DNA of 43,148 nucleotides from an uncultured Planctomycetia bacterium. GTDB lineage: Bacteria; Omnitrophota; Gorgyraeia; 2-02-FULL-51-18. The stretch's first letter is position 1, and each line of letters begins with the position of its first letter. The stretch is taken from NCBI GenBank assembly GCA_964503765.1, contig CAZDBQ010000131.1, forward strand, positions 1 through 43,148. Direction: 5' to 3'. This document shows positions 18,830 to 28,829 of the stretch, in pieces. A program made the position numbers and the translations under genes. The notes under the pieces are model-generated. The model was not told where the DNA came from. It searched no databases and saw only the letters and a program-made list of their open reading frames with translations.

Positions 18830-19775
18830 AGTCGCCAAACTCGTTATTAAAATTGAGCGGGACGCCCTGACCAGCCTGCTTTCTCGCATTGACGGGAAAT
18901 TTGAGAAGGCCTGCCAACTTATTTTAAAATCCAAGGGGCGGGTGGTTTTGACGGGGATGGGCAAACCAGGTTTTATCGCCCAGAAAGTATCCGCCACGCT
19001 TTCTTCGACAGGGACTCCCTCGCTCTTCTTGCATCCGGCGGATGCGCTTCACGGTGATTTGGGGCGTGTCATGAAAGAGGACGTGGTGGTAGCGTTTTCC
19101 AATAGCGGTCACACCGAAGAAATTGTTAAGCTTCTGCCGCTAGTGAGAAAAATTGGCGCCAAGCTCATCGCCTTTACCGGAAACGCGCACTCGCCGTTGG
19201 CCAAACACAGCGACGTCGTATTGGATGTGAGCGTGAAAAAAGAGGCCTGCCCTCTGAATCTGGCGCCAACCGCCTCAACGACAGTCATGCTGGCCATGGG
19301 GGATGCTCTGGCCCTTGCGCTTTTGGAGAAGAAGGGTTTCAAGGCTGAGGATTTTGCTTTTTATCACCCCGGTGGGAATATTGGCAAGAAGCTGCTCAAG
19401 GTCGGGGATATCATGAGGAAGGGGAAAAATAATCCGGTGGTGGGTGAAACGATGAGGATAAAAGAAGTCCTTTACCGCATTACGAGTGCCCGGGCAGGTT
19501 CGGCCACGGTGGTGGATAAAAAAGGCCGGCTAAAAGGAATTTTTACGGATGGAGATTTGAGAAGACACTTAGAGAAGGGCGAAAAGGTTCTCGAAAGCGC
19601 TGTGGGCCGCGTCATGACAAAGAACCCGGTGGCCATCCTCCAAGACAAGCTTGCTGCCGAGGCACTTGAAATATTACGCAGCAAAAAGATTGACGAAATT
19701 CCAGTGGTGGATAAAAAGCGCCGGCCCGTGGGCCTCTTGGATGTTCAGGATCTTCTGAAGGCAGGTTTTGTATAA
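18819..19775 (+). CDS. kdsD: Arabinose-5-phosphate isomerase (KpsF/GutQ family, SIS domain plus two CBS repeats)
   Basis: The SIS motif is GRVVLTGMGKPGFIAQKVSATLSSTGTPS. The C-terminal region holds a CBS pair (VMTKNPVAI..., IDEIPVVDKKRRPVGLLDVQDLL). Confidence 0.9.
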   Translation: MAIKVAKLVIKIERDALTSLLSRIDGKFEKACQLILKSKGRVVLTGMGKPGFIAQKVSATLSSTGTPSLFLHPADALHGDLGRVMKEDVVVAFSNSGHTEEIVKLLPLVRKIGAKLIAFTGNAHSPLAKHSDVVLDVSVKKEACPLNLAPTASTTVMLAMGDALALALLEKKGFKAEDFAFYHPGGNIGKKLLKVGDIMRKGKNNPVVGETMRIKEVLYRITSARAGSATVVDKKGRLKGIFTDGDLRRHLEKGEKVLESAVGRVMTKNPVAILQDKLAAEALEILRSKKIDEIPVVDKKRRPVGLLDVQDLLKAGFV

Positions 19776-20306
19776 ATGAACCCTGATGAGTTGAAGGCCA
19801 AAGCGGTCCGCATAAAGGTAGTCATTTTGGATATTGACGGGGTGCTCACGGACGGAAGGATTATTCTCGGTAATTATGGGGACGAGCTCAAATTTTTTGA
19901 TGTCCAGGACGGCCTGGGCTTGGTGTTGCTGCGACAGGCGGGACTTAAGACGGTGATTATAAGCGCCAAGAAATCCAGGATCAACCACCGCCGCGCCAAG
20001 GAAGTGCAGATTGTCAAAATTTATCAAAACGCGCATGATAAACTTAAAGTTTACGAGAAGGTCTTGAAAAAATTCAAGGCCGTGCCGGAGGAAGTGTGCT
20101 TTATTGGGGATGACTTGCTAGACATCCCGGTGCTCAGCCGCGTCGGTCTTGCCGTGGCTGTGAAGAACGCCGTTCCGGAGGCCAAGGAGAAGTCCCATTA
20201 CGTGACCCAGAATATGGGCGGGCGCGGGGCGGTGCGTGAAGTCGCGGATTTTATATTAAAGGCTCAAAATAAATGGGATCAAGTCACCCAAAGGTATTTT
20301 TCATAA
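19776..20306 (+). CDS. kdsC: Kdo8P phosphatase (HAD-IIIA, YrbI family)
   Basis: Motifs are VVILDIDGVLTDGRI and CFIGDDLLDIP. The size (176 aa) and the position after kdsD fit. Confidence 0.85.
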   Translation: MNPDELKAKAVRIKVVILDIDGVLTDGRIILGNYGDELKFFDVQDGLGLVLLRQAGLKTVIISAKKSRINHRRAKEVQIVKIYQNAHDKLKVYEKVLKKFKAVPEEVCFIGDDLLDIPVLSRVGLAVAVKNAVPEAKEKSHYVTQNMGGRGAVREVADFILKAQNKWDQVTQRYFS

Positions 20307-20307
20307 A

Positions 20308-21105
20308 ATGAAAACAGGTTTACACAGGCAGAACGTGCCTCTAACGCTGGTGATCGTCGGTTTTGTGACGCTTGTGGGATTGCTGTTCTTCTCCTTTCAT
20401 GACCGGAATTCCAAAGAAGCGGCCAAGAAGGCAAAGGCCAGAGCGCGGGTGGTCAAGGCAAGTCATAACCAGGAGCTGCAAAAATTTAGCCTGACGGGCT
20501 TTGACGAGAAAGGCAAGAAATTCTGGAACCTCCAAGGCGACGCGGCTCAAATTGATCCCAGCCAAACCGTGTTTTTGGAAGAAAACGTCACGCTGAAGTT
20601 AAGGGACGCCACGATTATTCGCACTGACCATGTGCAGTGGTCCCAGGATGGAGGCTCCTTAAAGACGGATTCGGTTGTAACGGTGGACCATGAGACCGCC
20701 AAGATTAAGGGGATAGGCGCATTTGGAAGGCCCAATGAGGGTTTTATCCAACTCAACCGCGATATTGAGATGGTGATGAACGCGACGACGCGCCTGACCT
20801 GCAAAGGGCCCCTCAAGATTTTTTATAAGGAAGACAAAATGATTTTCTACAGAAACGTGGAAATTACCGATGAGCGAGGAGTGCTTACGGCCAATAAAAT
20901 GGAAGTACTTTTTAATCCACAAGAGAAAAAGGTAAAGCAGATTATCGCGATCGGCAATGTGATCATCCAGCGGGGCACGGATACGACGCACTCACAGAGG
21001 GCGATCTACACGCTCGCAACAGGTTCTATTCGCCTTGAGGGAAACCCCGAAATTACACTTCACAAAGAAAGTTCAGCGTTTCTCGATGCCACTATTAGAA
21101 ACTAA
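20308..21105 (+). CDS. lptC: Membrane-anchored LptC-like protein with an extended LptA/OstA-type beta-jellyroll
   Basis: The N-terminal TM segment is [21 protein letters not shown]. The central region is LptC-like. The C-terminal region [58 protein letters not shown] resembles the LptA/OstA_N repeat. At 265 aa it is longer than a typical LptC. It occupies the kdsC-lptB slot. Confidence 0.6.
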   Translation: MKTGLHRQNVPLTLVIVGFVTLVGLLFFSFHDRNSKEAAKKAKARARVVKASHNQELQKFSLTGFDEKGKKFWNLQGDAAQIDPSQTVFLEENVTLKLRDATIIRTDHVQWSQDGGSLKTDSVVTVDHETAKIKGIGAFGRPNEGFIQLNRDIEMVMNATTRLTCKGPLKIFYKEDKMIFYRNVEITDERGVLTANKMEVLFNPQEKKVKQIIAIGNVIIQRGTDTTHSQRAIYTLATGSIRLEGNPEITLHKESSAFLDATIRN

Positions 21106-21808
21106 AGCTCTAAAAAAATCGTACGGCGGCCGCACGGTCGTGAACGGCGTGGAGATTTCCATCAATCAGGGGGAAATCGTCGGTCTTTTGGGCCCCAACG
21201 GCGCTGGAAAGACGACCACTTTTTACATGGTGACCGGCATTGTGCGGCCCGACAGCGGGACGATTTTGTTCGATCACCGCGATGTTAGTCAATATCCGAT
21301 GCACAAGCGAGCGCAGCTGGGTATCGGCTATTTGTCGCAGGAGCCCTCTATTTTTCGCAAGCTTACTGTGGAAGAAAATATTATGGCGATATTGGAGACG
21401 CTGGATCTGCCTCGGCCGGAGCGTGAGAAAAGACTGGGCGAGCTCTTGAACGAGTTGGGGATAGCGCATTTAAGAAAATCTAGGGCGTTTACGCTTTCGG
21501 GCGGTGAGCGCAGGCGCCTCGAGATTACGAGGGCTCTCGTGACGCATCCCCTTTGCATTCTTCTGGACGAGCCCTTTTCCGGGATTGACCCCATCGCCGT
21601 CACGGATTGCCAGCACCTTATTCAGGAACTAAAAAATAAGGGCCTGGGGATCTTGCTCACGGACCATAATGTTCGGGAAACACTGGCGATTACGGACAGG
21701 GCCTACATCATGTCGGAGGGCAAGATCCTGATCTCAGGGACCAAGGATGAGCTTCTGACCAACAAGGAAGCGCGCACGATTTATCTGGGTGAAAAGTTTA
21801 CGATGTGA
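21086..21808 (+). CDS. lptB: LPS export ABC transporter ATP-binding protein
   Basis: Walker A is GPNGAGKTT, the signature is [11 protein letters not shown], and Walker B is [12 protein letters not shown]. The ORF-track start at 21035 is a TTG. ATG 21086 ([16 protein letters not shown]) gives the canonical ~240 aa. Confidence 0.9.
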   Translation: MPLLETKALKKSYGGRTVVNGVEISINQGEIVGLLGPNGAGKTTTFYMVTGIVRPDSGTILFDHRDVSQYPMHKRAQLGIGYLSQEPSIFRKLTVEENIMAILETLDLPRPEREKRLGELLNELGIAHLRKSRAFTLSGGERRRLEITRALVTHPLCILLDEPFSGIDPIAVTDCQHLIQELKNKGLGILLTDHNVRETLAITDRAYIMSEGKILISGTKDELLTNKEARTIYLGEKFTM

Positions 21809-21833
21809 ACGAGTGCGGGTAAACGCTATCCGC

Positions 21834-21863
21834 TAGACGCTAGAAGATGAGATATGCTAATAT
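21834..21863 (+). promoter_or_regulatory. Candidate sigma-70 promoter for hpf-tig-clpP
   Basis: TAGACG (21834-21839), an 18-nt spacer, then TG-n-TAATAT (extended -10, 21855-21863). AGGAG lies at 21891-21895 ahead of the hpf ATG. This is motif-level only. Confidence 0.2.
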
Positions 21864-21902
21864 TAACGTTTTTGAACCGGACATTCGCATAGGAGCCAGA
21901 TA

Positions 21903-22223
21903 ATGGAAATCGATATCAGCGGGCGTCATTTTCACATTTCAGAACCCATTAAGCAGTACGTCACCGAAAAGATTCTTAAGCTCGACAAATACGACATGAA
22001 GCTTGAGTCCGTCCATGTCATTTTGGAAGTCCAAAAGTTCCATCACATCTCGGAAATTACGGCTCTGGGAAAGAACCTGCGTGTGACGGCTAAGGAAGAA
22101 AGCATTGACATGTACGCCGCGTTTGACAAGAGCTTTGGAACGATGCAGCTCCAATTTGGGAAACAGCATGAGAAGGTCAAAGACCATAAGGCCAGGCGTT
22201 ACCGGGGGAAAGCGGCGGAATAA
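21903..22223 (+). CDS. hpf: Ribosome hibernation promoting factor / RaiA family (short form)
   Basis: The N-terminus MEIDISGRHFHISEPIKQYVTEKILKLDKY is typical of the sigma-54 modulation protein/S30EA family. At 106 aa it has no long C-terminal domain. Confidence 0.85.
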   Translation: MEIDISGRHFHISEPIKQYVTEKILKLDKYDMKLESVHVILEVQKFHHISEITALGKNLRVTAKEESIDMYAAFDKSFGTMQLQFGKQHEKVKDHKARRYRGKAAE

Positions 22224-23500
22224 TGAAATCAAGCCTAAAGAAGGTTAAAGATTGCAGGGTGAAGCTTACCGTTGAAGTGGAAGCGTCCCTTGTGGAGACT
22301 CGCTACCAGGAAGTCTTGAAGGATTTTCAGAAGGCCGCGCAGATGCCGGGGTTTCGCGAGGGCAAGGCCCCGATGGATCTTGTGGAAAAGAAATTCTCCA
22401 AGGAGGCCGAGGAGGAGGTCTTAAAATCCCTGATTCCGGAGGCCTACCATCGCTCGCTCGCGACACACAAAGTTTCCGCCGTTTCTTTGCCGTCCATTTC
22501 GGATATCAAGCTGCAGCGCGGGAAGAATCTTACCTTCGCGGCCGAATTCGACCAATCGCCTGAGTTTTCTCTTAAAAATTATAAAGGAGTAAAAATTAAG
22601 AAAGTCCCGGTCGACGTCCCGCATGAGGAAGTCGAGAAGGGGCTTTCGTCTCTTCTAGACTCAAGGGCTGAACTCATTCCCTTGGTTGAGTCGCGCGCGA
22701 TTCAGCGGGGTGATTTTATCGTGAGTGATATAGAGATTTGGAAAGAGGGCAAATACACGCCGAGCAAAAAAGGCGCCCTCCTCTTCGCGGAGCCAAACGC
22801 GGATGATGATTTTTATGAAAAAGTCGTGGGAGCGAATCTTGAGGAGGTGAGAGAGATCTCGGTGGATCCTACGGAAGAGGAGAAAAAGCAAGGGATCGTA
22901 GGAAGAAAACCTCTTTATAAGGTGTGGATACGCGGGATCAAGGAAAAGAAGGTGCCCGCCCTGGACGACACCTTTGCCCAGAATTTCGGTAAGCAGACGG
23001 TCAATGAGCTTCGGGAGGCCGTTCGAAAGGACATCGCTGGTTATAAACACTCGGAATCGTACGAGAAGATGAAGGGTGAGCTTTTTGAGAAACTGCTCGC
23101 GCTGGCCTCATTCACGATTCCCGAGGCGCTGGTACAGAAGCAAAAAGAGCGTCTGATGGAGCAGACCCAAAAACAATATCAGAGAATGGGGATGCCGCCC
23201 GGCCAGTTTGAGGAGTTTCGGCTAAAGGCAGAGGCAGACGCGGAGCCGAAGGCCAGAGACCAGGTTAAACTTTATTTTATTTTACAAAAAATTGCCGACC
23301 AGGAAAAGATAGAGGCCGATGAAGCGGCTGTGGAGCGAAAGATGCAGTCGCTCGCCGAGGAGTCCAAGCGTCCTTTGGAGGAGGTGCGGAGGGTATTTGA
23401 AGACGACGCGCGGGAAAGCATGAGAGAAACCAAGACTATTGATTTTTTGTTGGCCAACGCCAAACTGGAAGACCAAAAAACAGAGGGGGCAAGTAAATGA
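22223..23500 (+). CDS. tig: Trigger factor
   Basis: The ribosome-binding signature is [17 protein letters not shown]. It is 425 aa and lies immediately upstream of clpP. Confidence 0.9.
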   Translation: MKSSLKKVKDCRVKLTVEVEASLVETRYQEVLKDFQKAAQMPGFREGKAPMDLVEKKFSKEAEEEVLKSLIPEAYHRSLATHKVSAVSLPSISDIKLQRGKNLTFAAEFDQSPEFSLKNYKGVKIKKVPVDVPHEEVEKGLSSLLDSRAELIPLVESRAIQRGDFIVSDIEIWKEGKYTPSKKGALLFAEPNADDDFYEKVVGANLEEVREISVDPTEEEKKQGIVGRKPLYKVWIRGIKEKKVPALDDTFAQNFGKQTVNELREAVRKDIAGYKHSESYEKMKGELFEKLLALASFTIPEALVQKQKERLMEQTQKQYQRMGMPPGQFEEFRLKAEADAEPKARDQVKLYFILQKIADQEKIEADEAAVERKMQSLAEESKRPLEEVRRVFEDDARESMRETKTIDFLLANAKLEDQKTEGASK

Positions 23501-24096
23501 GCATATTAATTCCGATGGTAATCGAACAAACCGGCCGCACCGAGCGGGCTTATGATATTTACTCACGACTCTTGAAGGACAGGGTTCTTTTTATTGGCAC
23601 GCCGATTGATGACAATGTCGCGAATCTTGTCGTCGCGCAGCTGCTCTTTCTTCAAATGGAAGACCAGGACAAGGACATTCATCTTTATATCAATTCTCCC
23701 GGTGGGTCGATTACCAGCGGCCTGGCGATCTATGACACGATTCAATTTCTAAAGCCGGATGTTTGCACTTACTGCATAGGCCAGGCTGCCAGCATGGGGG
23801 CTGTTCTCTTGGCGGCCGGTACGAAGGGAAAGCGTTACTCCTTGCCTAATTCGCGCGTGATGATCCACCAGCCGTGGGGAGGCGTCCAGGGCGTGGCCAC
23901 GGATATTAATATTCAGGCCAGGGAGATTCAACAGCTAAAGGACAGGCTTAACGGGATATTAGCTAAACACACAGGCCAGGTGGTCTCAAAAATTGAGAAA
24001 GACACCGACCGTGATTATTTCATGTCCGCCGATGACGCTAAAGCTTACGGGTTGGTTGACGAAGTTGTCGCCAATGTTCGTTTACTGAAAAAATAA
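23497..24096 (+). CDS. clpP: ATP-dependent Clp protease proteolytic subunit
   Basis: Motifs are [18 protein letters not shown], the Ser in [11 protein letters not shown], the His in MIHQPWGG, and DTDRDYFM. Confidence 0.95.
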   Translation: MSILIPMVIEQTGRTERAYDIYSRLLKDRVLFIGTPIDDNVANLVVAQLLFLQMEDQDKDIHLYINSPGGSITSGLAIYDTIQFLKPDVCTYCIGQAASMGAVLLAAGTKGKRYSLPNSRVMIHQPWGGVQGVATDINIQAREIQQLKDRLNGILAKHTGQVVSKIEKDTDRDYFMSADDAKAYGLVDEVVANVRLLKK

Positions 24097-24105
24097 GGAA
24101 TTTCC

Positions 24106-25212
24106 GTGAAAGACTATTTACTATTGACGCCGGGCCCTACCAACGTTCCCCGGCGGGTGCTGGACAAGACCGCTTTGCCGATGATTCATCACCGGACCAA
24201 GGAGTTTCAGGCGATCCTGGAGCGCGTCAACACCAGCTTGCAGAAGATATTTTTGACCAAGCATCCCGTCATGACCTTCGCCGCCTCCGGCACCGGGGCG
24301 ATGGAGGCTACGGTCACCAATCTGTTGTCCAAGGGAGATTTGGTGCTTTCTTTTTCAGCTGGAAAATGGGGTGAACGGTACCGCGATATCGCGCGCGCCT
24401 ACGGGATGGACGTTAAGAGCTACGAAATGAAGTACGGAGAGGCCATCCAGCCCAGTGAGGTCCAGGAAGCGCTGAAGCAAAACCCGGGCGCCAAGGCGCT
24501 TCTCATCACTTTGTGCGAGACTTCCACCGCGGTCGTGCATCCTATTGAGGCCATCGCCAAATTGACGAGGGACACAAACACGCTGCTCATGGTCGACGCG
24601 ATCAGTGGTTTGATGTGTGACCCTCTAAAAACAGACGAGTGGGGAGTGGACGTTGTGGTGGGCGGGAGCCAAAAGGGGCTTATGCTTCCTCCGGGCTTGG
24701 CGTTTGTGTCAGTCAATGACAAGGCCATTCAAGCGATTTCAAAATCAAATTTGCCTAAGTATTATTTCAATTTTCAGGAAACGCTTAAAGCCATGAAGAA
24801 AAATGATACAGCGTTTACCCCGGCGGTAAGCTTGATCCGCGGCTTGGACGAGGCGCTTCAAATACTTCTCGAGGAGGGTGTGGAAAATGTAATCAAGAGG
24901 CACGCCGAGGTGGCCCAGTTTGTGCGCCAAAAGATAAGCGCGCTAGGCCTTTCGCTCTTTGCCAAGGCGCCCTCGAACGGATTGACGGCCATTGAGATGC
25001 CGTCGACTATTATTTCCGGTGATGTCATAAAGATCATGCGCGATGAACATCGGGTGGTGATGGCCGACGGGCAGGGAGAGTTGGTGGGTAAGATTGTCCG
25101 GTTCGCGCACATGGGTGCGGCCTGCACGCTTCAGGACGCCAAGGTGGGGGTTGAGGCTTTTTACGATGGACTGTCCAAAAAAGGTTTCAAATCGGTAGCG
25201 TATAGCGCGTAG
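24106..25212 (+). CDS. Class V aminotransferase (serine-pyruvate / phosphoserine aminotransferase family)
   Basis: The start is GTG with AAGGAA 5 nt upstream. Motifs are LLTPGPTNVP and the PLP-Lys context GGSQKGLMLPPGL. The gene lies next to serA. Confidence 0.8.
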   Translation: MKDYLLLTPGPTNVPRRVLDKTALPMIHHRTKEFQAILERVNTSLQKIFLTKHPVMTFAASGTGAMEATVTNLLSKGDLVLSFSAGKWGERYRDIARAYGMDVKSYEMKYGEAIQPSEVQEALKQNPGAKALLITLCETSTAVVHPIEAIAKLTRDTNTLLMVDAISGLMCDPLKTDEWGVDVVVGGSQKGLMLPPGLAFVSVNDKAIQAISKSNLPKYYFNFQETLKAMKKNDTAFTPAVSLIRGLDEALQILLEEGVENVIKRHAEVAQFVRQKISALGLSLFAKAPSNGLTAIEMPSTIISGDVIKIMRDEHRVVMADGQGELVGKIVRFAHMGAACTLQDAKVGVEAFYDGLSKKGFKSVAYSA

Positions 25213-25230
25213 AAAAATTGAGGAATAAAA

Positions 25231-26844
25231 ATGTCCACAGCGACCATTGCTAAAAAAGAGCCATTCAAAATACTTATCTGTGACGATCTCGCTAGCGAGG
25301 GATTAACCCTATTTAATAACGAAAAAAACCTAAACGTTTTCATCAAGACGAAGCTTCCTCTGGAGGAGCTAAAGAGAGAGATAGCCGATTGTGACGCTTG
25401 CGTGGTGAGATCCGGGACCCAGCTTACTAAGGAAGTGATCGAAGCCGCTCAGAAATTAAAAGTAATCGGCCGTGCCGGTGTGGGTCTCGACAATGTCGAT
25501 GTGGAGGCTGCTTCCAAGAAGGGGATCGTGGTCATCAACACCCCTGGGGGCAATACGATTTCAGCCGCTGAACATACTTTCTGCCTTTTGATGGCATTGG
25601 CGAGAAACATCCCCCAGGCGGATTCCTCGATGAAAAAAGGGGAGTGGGAACGAAAAAAATTCACAGGGGTGGAGCTGTACGACAAAGTGCTGGGTGTGCT
25701 AGGGCTAGGAAGAATTGGGACAGAAGTCGCCAAGCGGGCCCAAAGTTTTGGGATGCGCGTCCTTGCCTATGACCCGTATTTACGGGTTGAGAGGGCTAAC
25801 CAATTAGGCGTGGAACTGGTGACGTTGGACGCGATCCTGGCTCAATCGGATTTTATGACCCTTCACATGCCATTGAGCACGGACAATAAATACATTATCG
25901 GAGAATCCGAGTTAGGCAAAGTGAAGAAAGGGGTTCGCATTATTAATTGCGCCAGGGGAGGCTTGATCGATGAGGCAGCGCTTGCCAAGGCCATCCAAAG
26001 CGGAAGGGTCGCGGGCGCGGCGTTGGACGTTTTTGAAAGTGAACCCCCAAAGAATAGCGCCCTGCTTAACCTGCCATCGGTGATTGCCACGCCGCATCTC
26101 GGCGCGTCAACCGAGGAGGCGCAAATTGCCGTGGCGGTTGATGTGGCTCAAAGTATTGTGGATTTTCTCATGGGCCGCGGCATCCGTAACGCGGTTAACG
26201 TACCTTCGCTGGACCCCGAAGTTTTTAAAGTATTGCAGCCCTATATTTCGCTGGCGGAAAAGCTCGGCTCGCTGCAAACCCAGCTTCTGGAAGGACATAT
26301 TCTTCAGGTGGATGTCAGCTACCACGGGGAAATTGTGGAATATGAGACGACCACGATGACAGTCGCCATTATTAAAGGGCTTCTGACGCCGATCCTGGCC
26401 GAAAATGTCAATTACGTGAATGCCTCGGTGTTGGCCAAAGAGCGCGGCATTAAGATCACGGAGTCAAAATCTTCAGGACTGACGAACTTTTCCAATCTAA
26501 TTCAGGTCGACGTGAAGACCGATAAGAAGGTCAGCCGCGTGGCCGGCACGCTCTTCACACGCGAGGATCCGAGAATTGTCGCCATCGATAACTTTGATGT
26601 GGAAGCGGTTCCCGAGGGCTACATGGTTCTCATTTCGAATCGGGACGTTCCGGGAATTGTGGGCCAGATAGGCACGATCCTGGGTGATAATGGCATCAAC
26701 ATTGCTGGCATGACGTTGGGACGAGACAAGCCAGGAGGCCAGGCGATATCCCTCGTCAAAATTGACAGCGCCATTCCTGACAAGCTGATGCAGGAAATTA
26801 AAAAAGCCAAAAATATTTTAGACGCGAAGCTTATCAAATTATAA
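25231..26844 (+). CDS. serA: D-3-phosphoglycerate dehydrogenase (long form with C-terminal ACT domain)
   Basis: The NAD fold is GVLGLGRIGTEVA. Catalytic-region motifs are CARGGLIDE and ATPHLGAST. The C-terminal ACT region is MVLISNRDVPGIVGQIGTILG. Confidence 0.9.
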   Translation: MSTATIAKKEPFKILICDDLASEGLTLFNNEKNLNVFIKTKLPLEELKREIADCDACVVRSGTQLTKEVIEAAQKLKVIGRAGVGLDNVDVEAASKKGIVVINTPGGNTISAAEHTFCLLMALARNIPQADSSMKKGEWERKKFTGVELYDKVLGVLGLGRIGTEVAKRAQSFGMRVLAYDPYLRVERANQLGVELVTLDAILAQSDFMTLHMPLSTDNKYIIGESELGKVKKGVRIINCARGGLIDEAALAKAIQSGRVAGAALDVFESEPPKNSALLNLPSVIATPHLGASTEEAQIAVAVDVAQSIVDFLMGRGIRNAVNVPSLDPEVFKVLQPYISLAEKLGSLQTQLLEGHILQVDVSYHGEIVEYETTTMTVAIIKGLLTPILAENVNYVNASVLAKERGIKITESKSSGLTNFSNLIQVDVKTDKKVSRVAGTLFTREDPRIVAIDNFDVEAVPEGYMVLISNRDVPGIVGQIGTILGDNGINIAGMTLGRDKPGGQAISLVKIDSAIPDKLMQEIKKAKNILDAKLIKL

Positions 26845-26845
26845 A

Positions 26846-28120
26846 ATGTCAACCCTAGTCGTGGTAGGCGCCCAGTGGGGCGATGAAGGTAAAGGTAAGA
26901 TCATCGACATTTTATCCGCGGATGCCGATTATGTGGTTCGCTACCAGGGCGGAAATAACGCCGGCCACACCGTTGTTAAAAAGAGCGGCGAGTTTATCCT
27001 GCACCTTATTCCTTCCGGTATTTTGCATAAGAGAGTCCATTGTGTGATAGGCAGCGGGGTTGTTGTGGACCCGGAGGCGCTTATTCAGGAGATAGATAAC
27101 CTTGAGTCAAGGGGAGTCTCCGTCAAGGGGCGTCTTTTTGTCAGCGAGCGGGCTCACCTGATATTTCCGTACCATCGGATTTATGACCGCCTCCGCGAGG
27201 ATAAAAAGGGTTATATCAAGATTGGAACTACCGGACGTGGCATAGGGCCCAGCTACAGTGACAAGGCTCTCCGTTCGGGGATTCGTGTGATTGATCTCTA
27301 TGAGGGGGACCTCTTCGGTAAGAAACTTGAAAAGAGTCTCCTTGAGAAAAACGAAATTTTAGAGAAGCTTTACAGCGCGCCTCCTTTTAGCTATGAGAAA
27401 ATTCACGCTGATTATTTAGGTTACGCCAAAAGAATAAAGCCCTACGTCTGCGACACCGCGCTTCTTTTAAATCAAGCCATTCAAAAAAAGAAATCGATTC
27501 TTTTTGAAGGCGCCCAGGGCACCCACTTGGATGTTGACCACGGGACCTACCCGTTTGTCACCTCGAGTTACGTGATGGCGGGAGGCGCTTCGGTGGGAAC
27601 AGGAGTTCCCCCGACGGCTATTCAAAAGATTATGGGAGTTGTGAAGGCCTATACGACGCGAGTCGGTGAGGGCCCCTTTCCGACGGAGTTTGATCCCGGA
27701 TTGATGGAGCAAATCAGGAAGAAGGGCAAGGAGTTTGGCGCCACGACCGGAAGGCCCAGGCGCTGCGGTTGGTTTGACTCGATTTTGGTCAAGTATTCGT
27801 GCATGATTAACGGGATCAGCGAGATCGCGGTGACCAAGCTGGACGTCCTCGATGACCTTAAGGCCATTAAGATCTGCATAGGTTACCGTTATGGGGGGAA
27901 GATTTACAAAACATTCCCCGCCTCTCTGACCATTCAGCAGAAAGCGGAACCGATTTACGAAACGCATCCGGGATGGCTCTGTGACACGTCGCAGGTCAAG
28001 AAATTCTCAGCACTGCCGGTAAACGCAAAAAAATATTTGAAAAGACTTACGGGGCTTTTATCGGTGCCCATTACGATTCTCTCAGTCGGGTCTCATGAAA
28101 AGCAGACTCTCTTTAGATAA
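26846..28120 (+). CDS. purA: Adenylosuccinate synthase
   Basis: Motifs are VVGAQWGDEGKGKIID, QGGNNAGHT and GTTGRGIGP. Confidence 0.95.
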   Translation: MSTLVVVGAQWGDEGKGKIIDILSADADYVVRYQGGNNAGHTVVKKSGEFILHLIPSGILHKRVHCVIGSGVVVDPEALIQEIDNLESRGVSVKGRLFVSERAHLIFPYHRIYDRLREDKKGYIKIGTTGRGIGPSYSDKALRSGIRVIDLYEGDLFGKKLEKSLLEKNEILEKLYSAPPFSYEKIHADYLGYAKRIKPYVCDTALLLNQAIQKKKSILFEGAQGTHLDVDHGTYPFVTSSYVMAGGASVGTGVPPTAIQKIMGVVKAYTTRVGEGPFPTEFDPGLMEQIRKKGKEFGATTGRPRRCGWFDSILVKYSCMINGISEIAVTKLDVLDDLKAIKICIGYRYGGKIYKTFPASLTIQQKAEPIYETHPGWLCDTSQVKKFSALPVNAKKYLKRLTGLLSVPITILSVGSHEKQTLFR

Positions 28121-28829
28121 AACCCCCAGGCATGTCGCGATTATTATGGATGGAAACGGGCGATGGGCCCAGCAGCGTGGTCTTCCGCGGGTAGCCGGCC
28201 ATCGGGCGGGCGTCAAGAATGTGCGCGAGGCGGTAAAAGCCGCCATTGAAAGTGGTGTCCCCATTTTGACCCTTTACGCTTTCAGCCAGGAGAATTGGAA
28301 GAGGCCCAAGGAGGAAGTCTCTGTCCTGATGAATCTTTTGGACCATTTTATTGACAAAGAAATCGATAATTTTGTTAAACAGGGGATTTGCCTGAAAACG
28401 ATAGGCAGGATAGAGGCGCTTCCTCCGGGGACGCTAGCGAAAATAAGGGAAGCGGTTAAGCGGACTAAAGGTAACCAAAGGCTTATTCTTAACATTGCTT
28501 TAAATTACGGCTCGCGCACAGAAATTTTGGACGCGGTATCGCGGATCGTAAAAGAGGCGAAGAACGATCCTCGTTGGGCCAATGGGTCTAACCCTTTAAC
28601 GGAGGATACTTTCTCAAGCTACCTTTACACGTCGGGCCTGCCTGACCCAGACCTTCTGATCCGGACAAGCGGGGAGATGAGGCTGAGTAATTTCTTGTTG
28701 TGGCAGCTCTCGTACTCAGAAATTTATATTACCAAAAAATACTGGCCGGATTTTACAAAAGCTGACTTCTTGAAGGCGATTGTGGAATACGCCAAGCGCG
28801 AGAGGCGTTTCGGAGACGTGGGCGCATGA
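28095..28829 (+). CDS. uppS: Undecaprenyl diphosphate synthase (cis-prenyltransferase)
   Basis: Motifs are HVAIIMDGNGRWA and IRTSGEMRLSNFLLWQ. Confidence 0.95.
   Translation: MKSRLSLDKTPRHVAIIMDGNGRWAQQRGLPRVAGHRAGVKNVREAVKAAIESGVPILTLYAFSQENWKRPKEEVSVLMNLLDHFIDKEIDNFVKQGICLKTIGRIEALPPGTLAKIREAVKRTKGNQRLILNIALNYGSRTEILDAVSRIVKEAKNDPRWANGSNPLTEDTFSSYLYTSGLPDPDLLIRTSGEMRLSNFLLWQLSYSEIYITKKYWPDFTKADFLKAIVEYAKRERRFGDVGA

Noticed and set aside
21035-21085. N-terminal extensions in the ORF track: lptB from TTG 21035, rseP from GTG 30774, rimP from GTG 33730.
   Set aside because: Downstream ATGs (21086, 30801, 33817) reproduce the canonical family N-termini and lengths. The rimP extension would start inside the proS terminator hairpin.
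21868-21890. A possible sigma-54 (-24/-12) promoter, ttgaaccggacattcgca, upstream of hpf.
   Set aside because: The GG and GC elements are about 8 nt apart instead of the canonical spacing (TGGCAC-N5-TTGC), and the flanking bases do not match the consensus.
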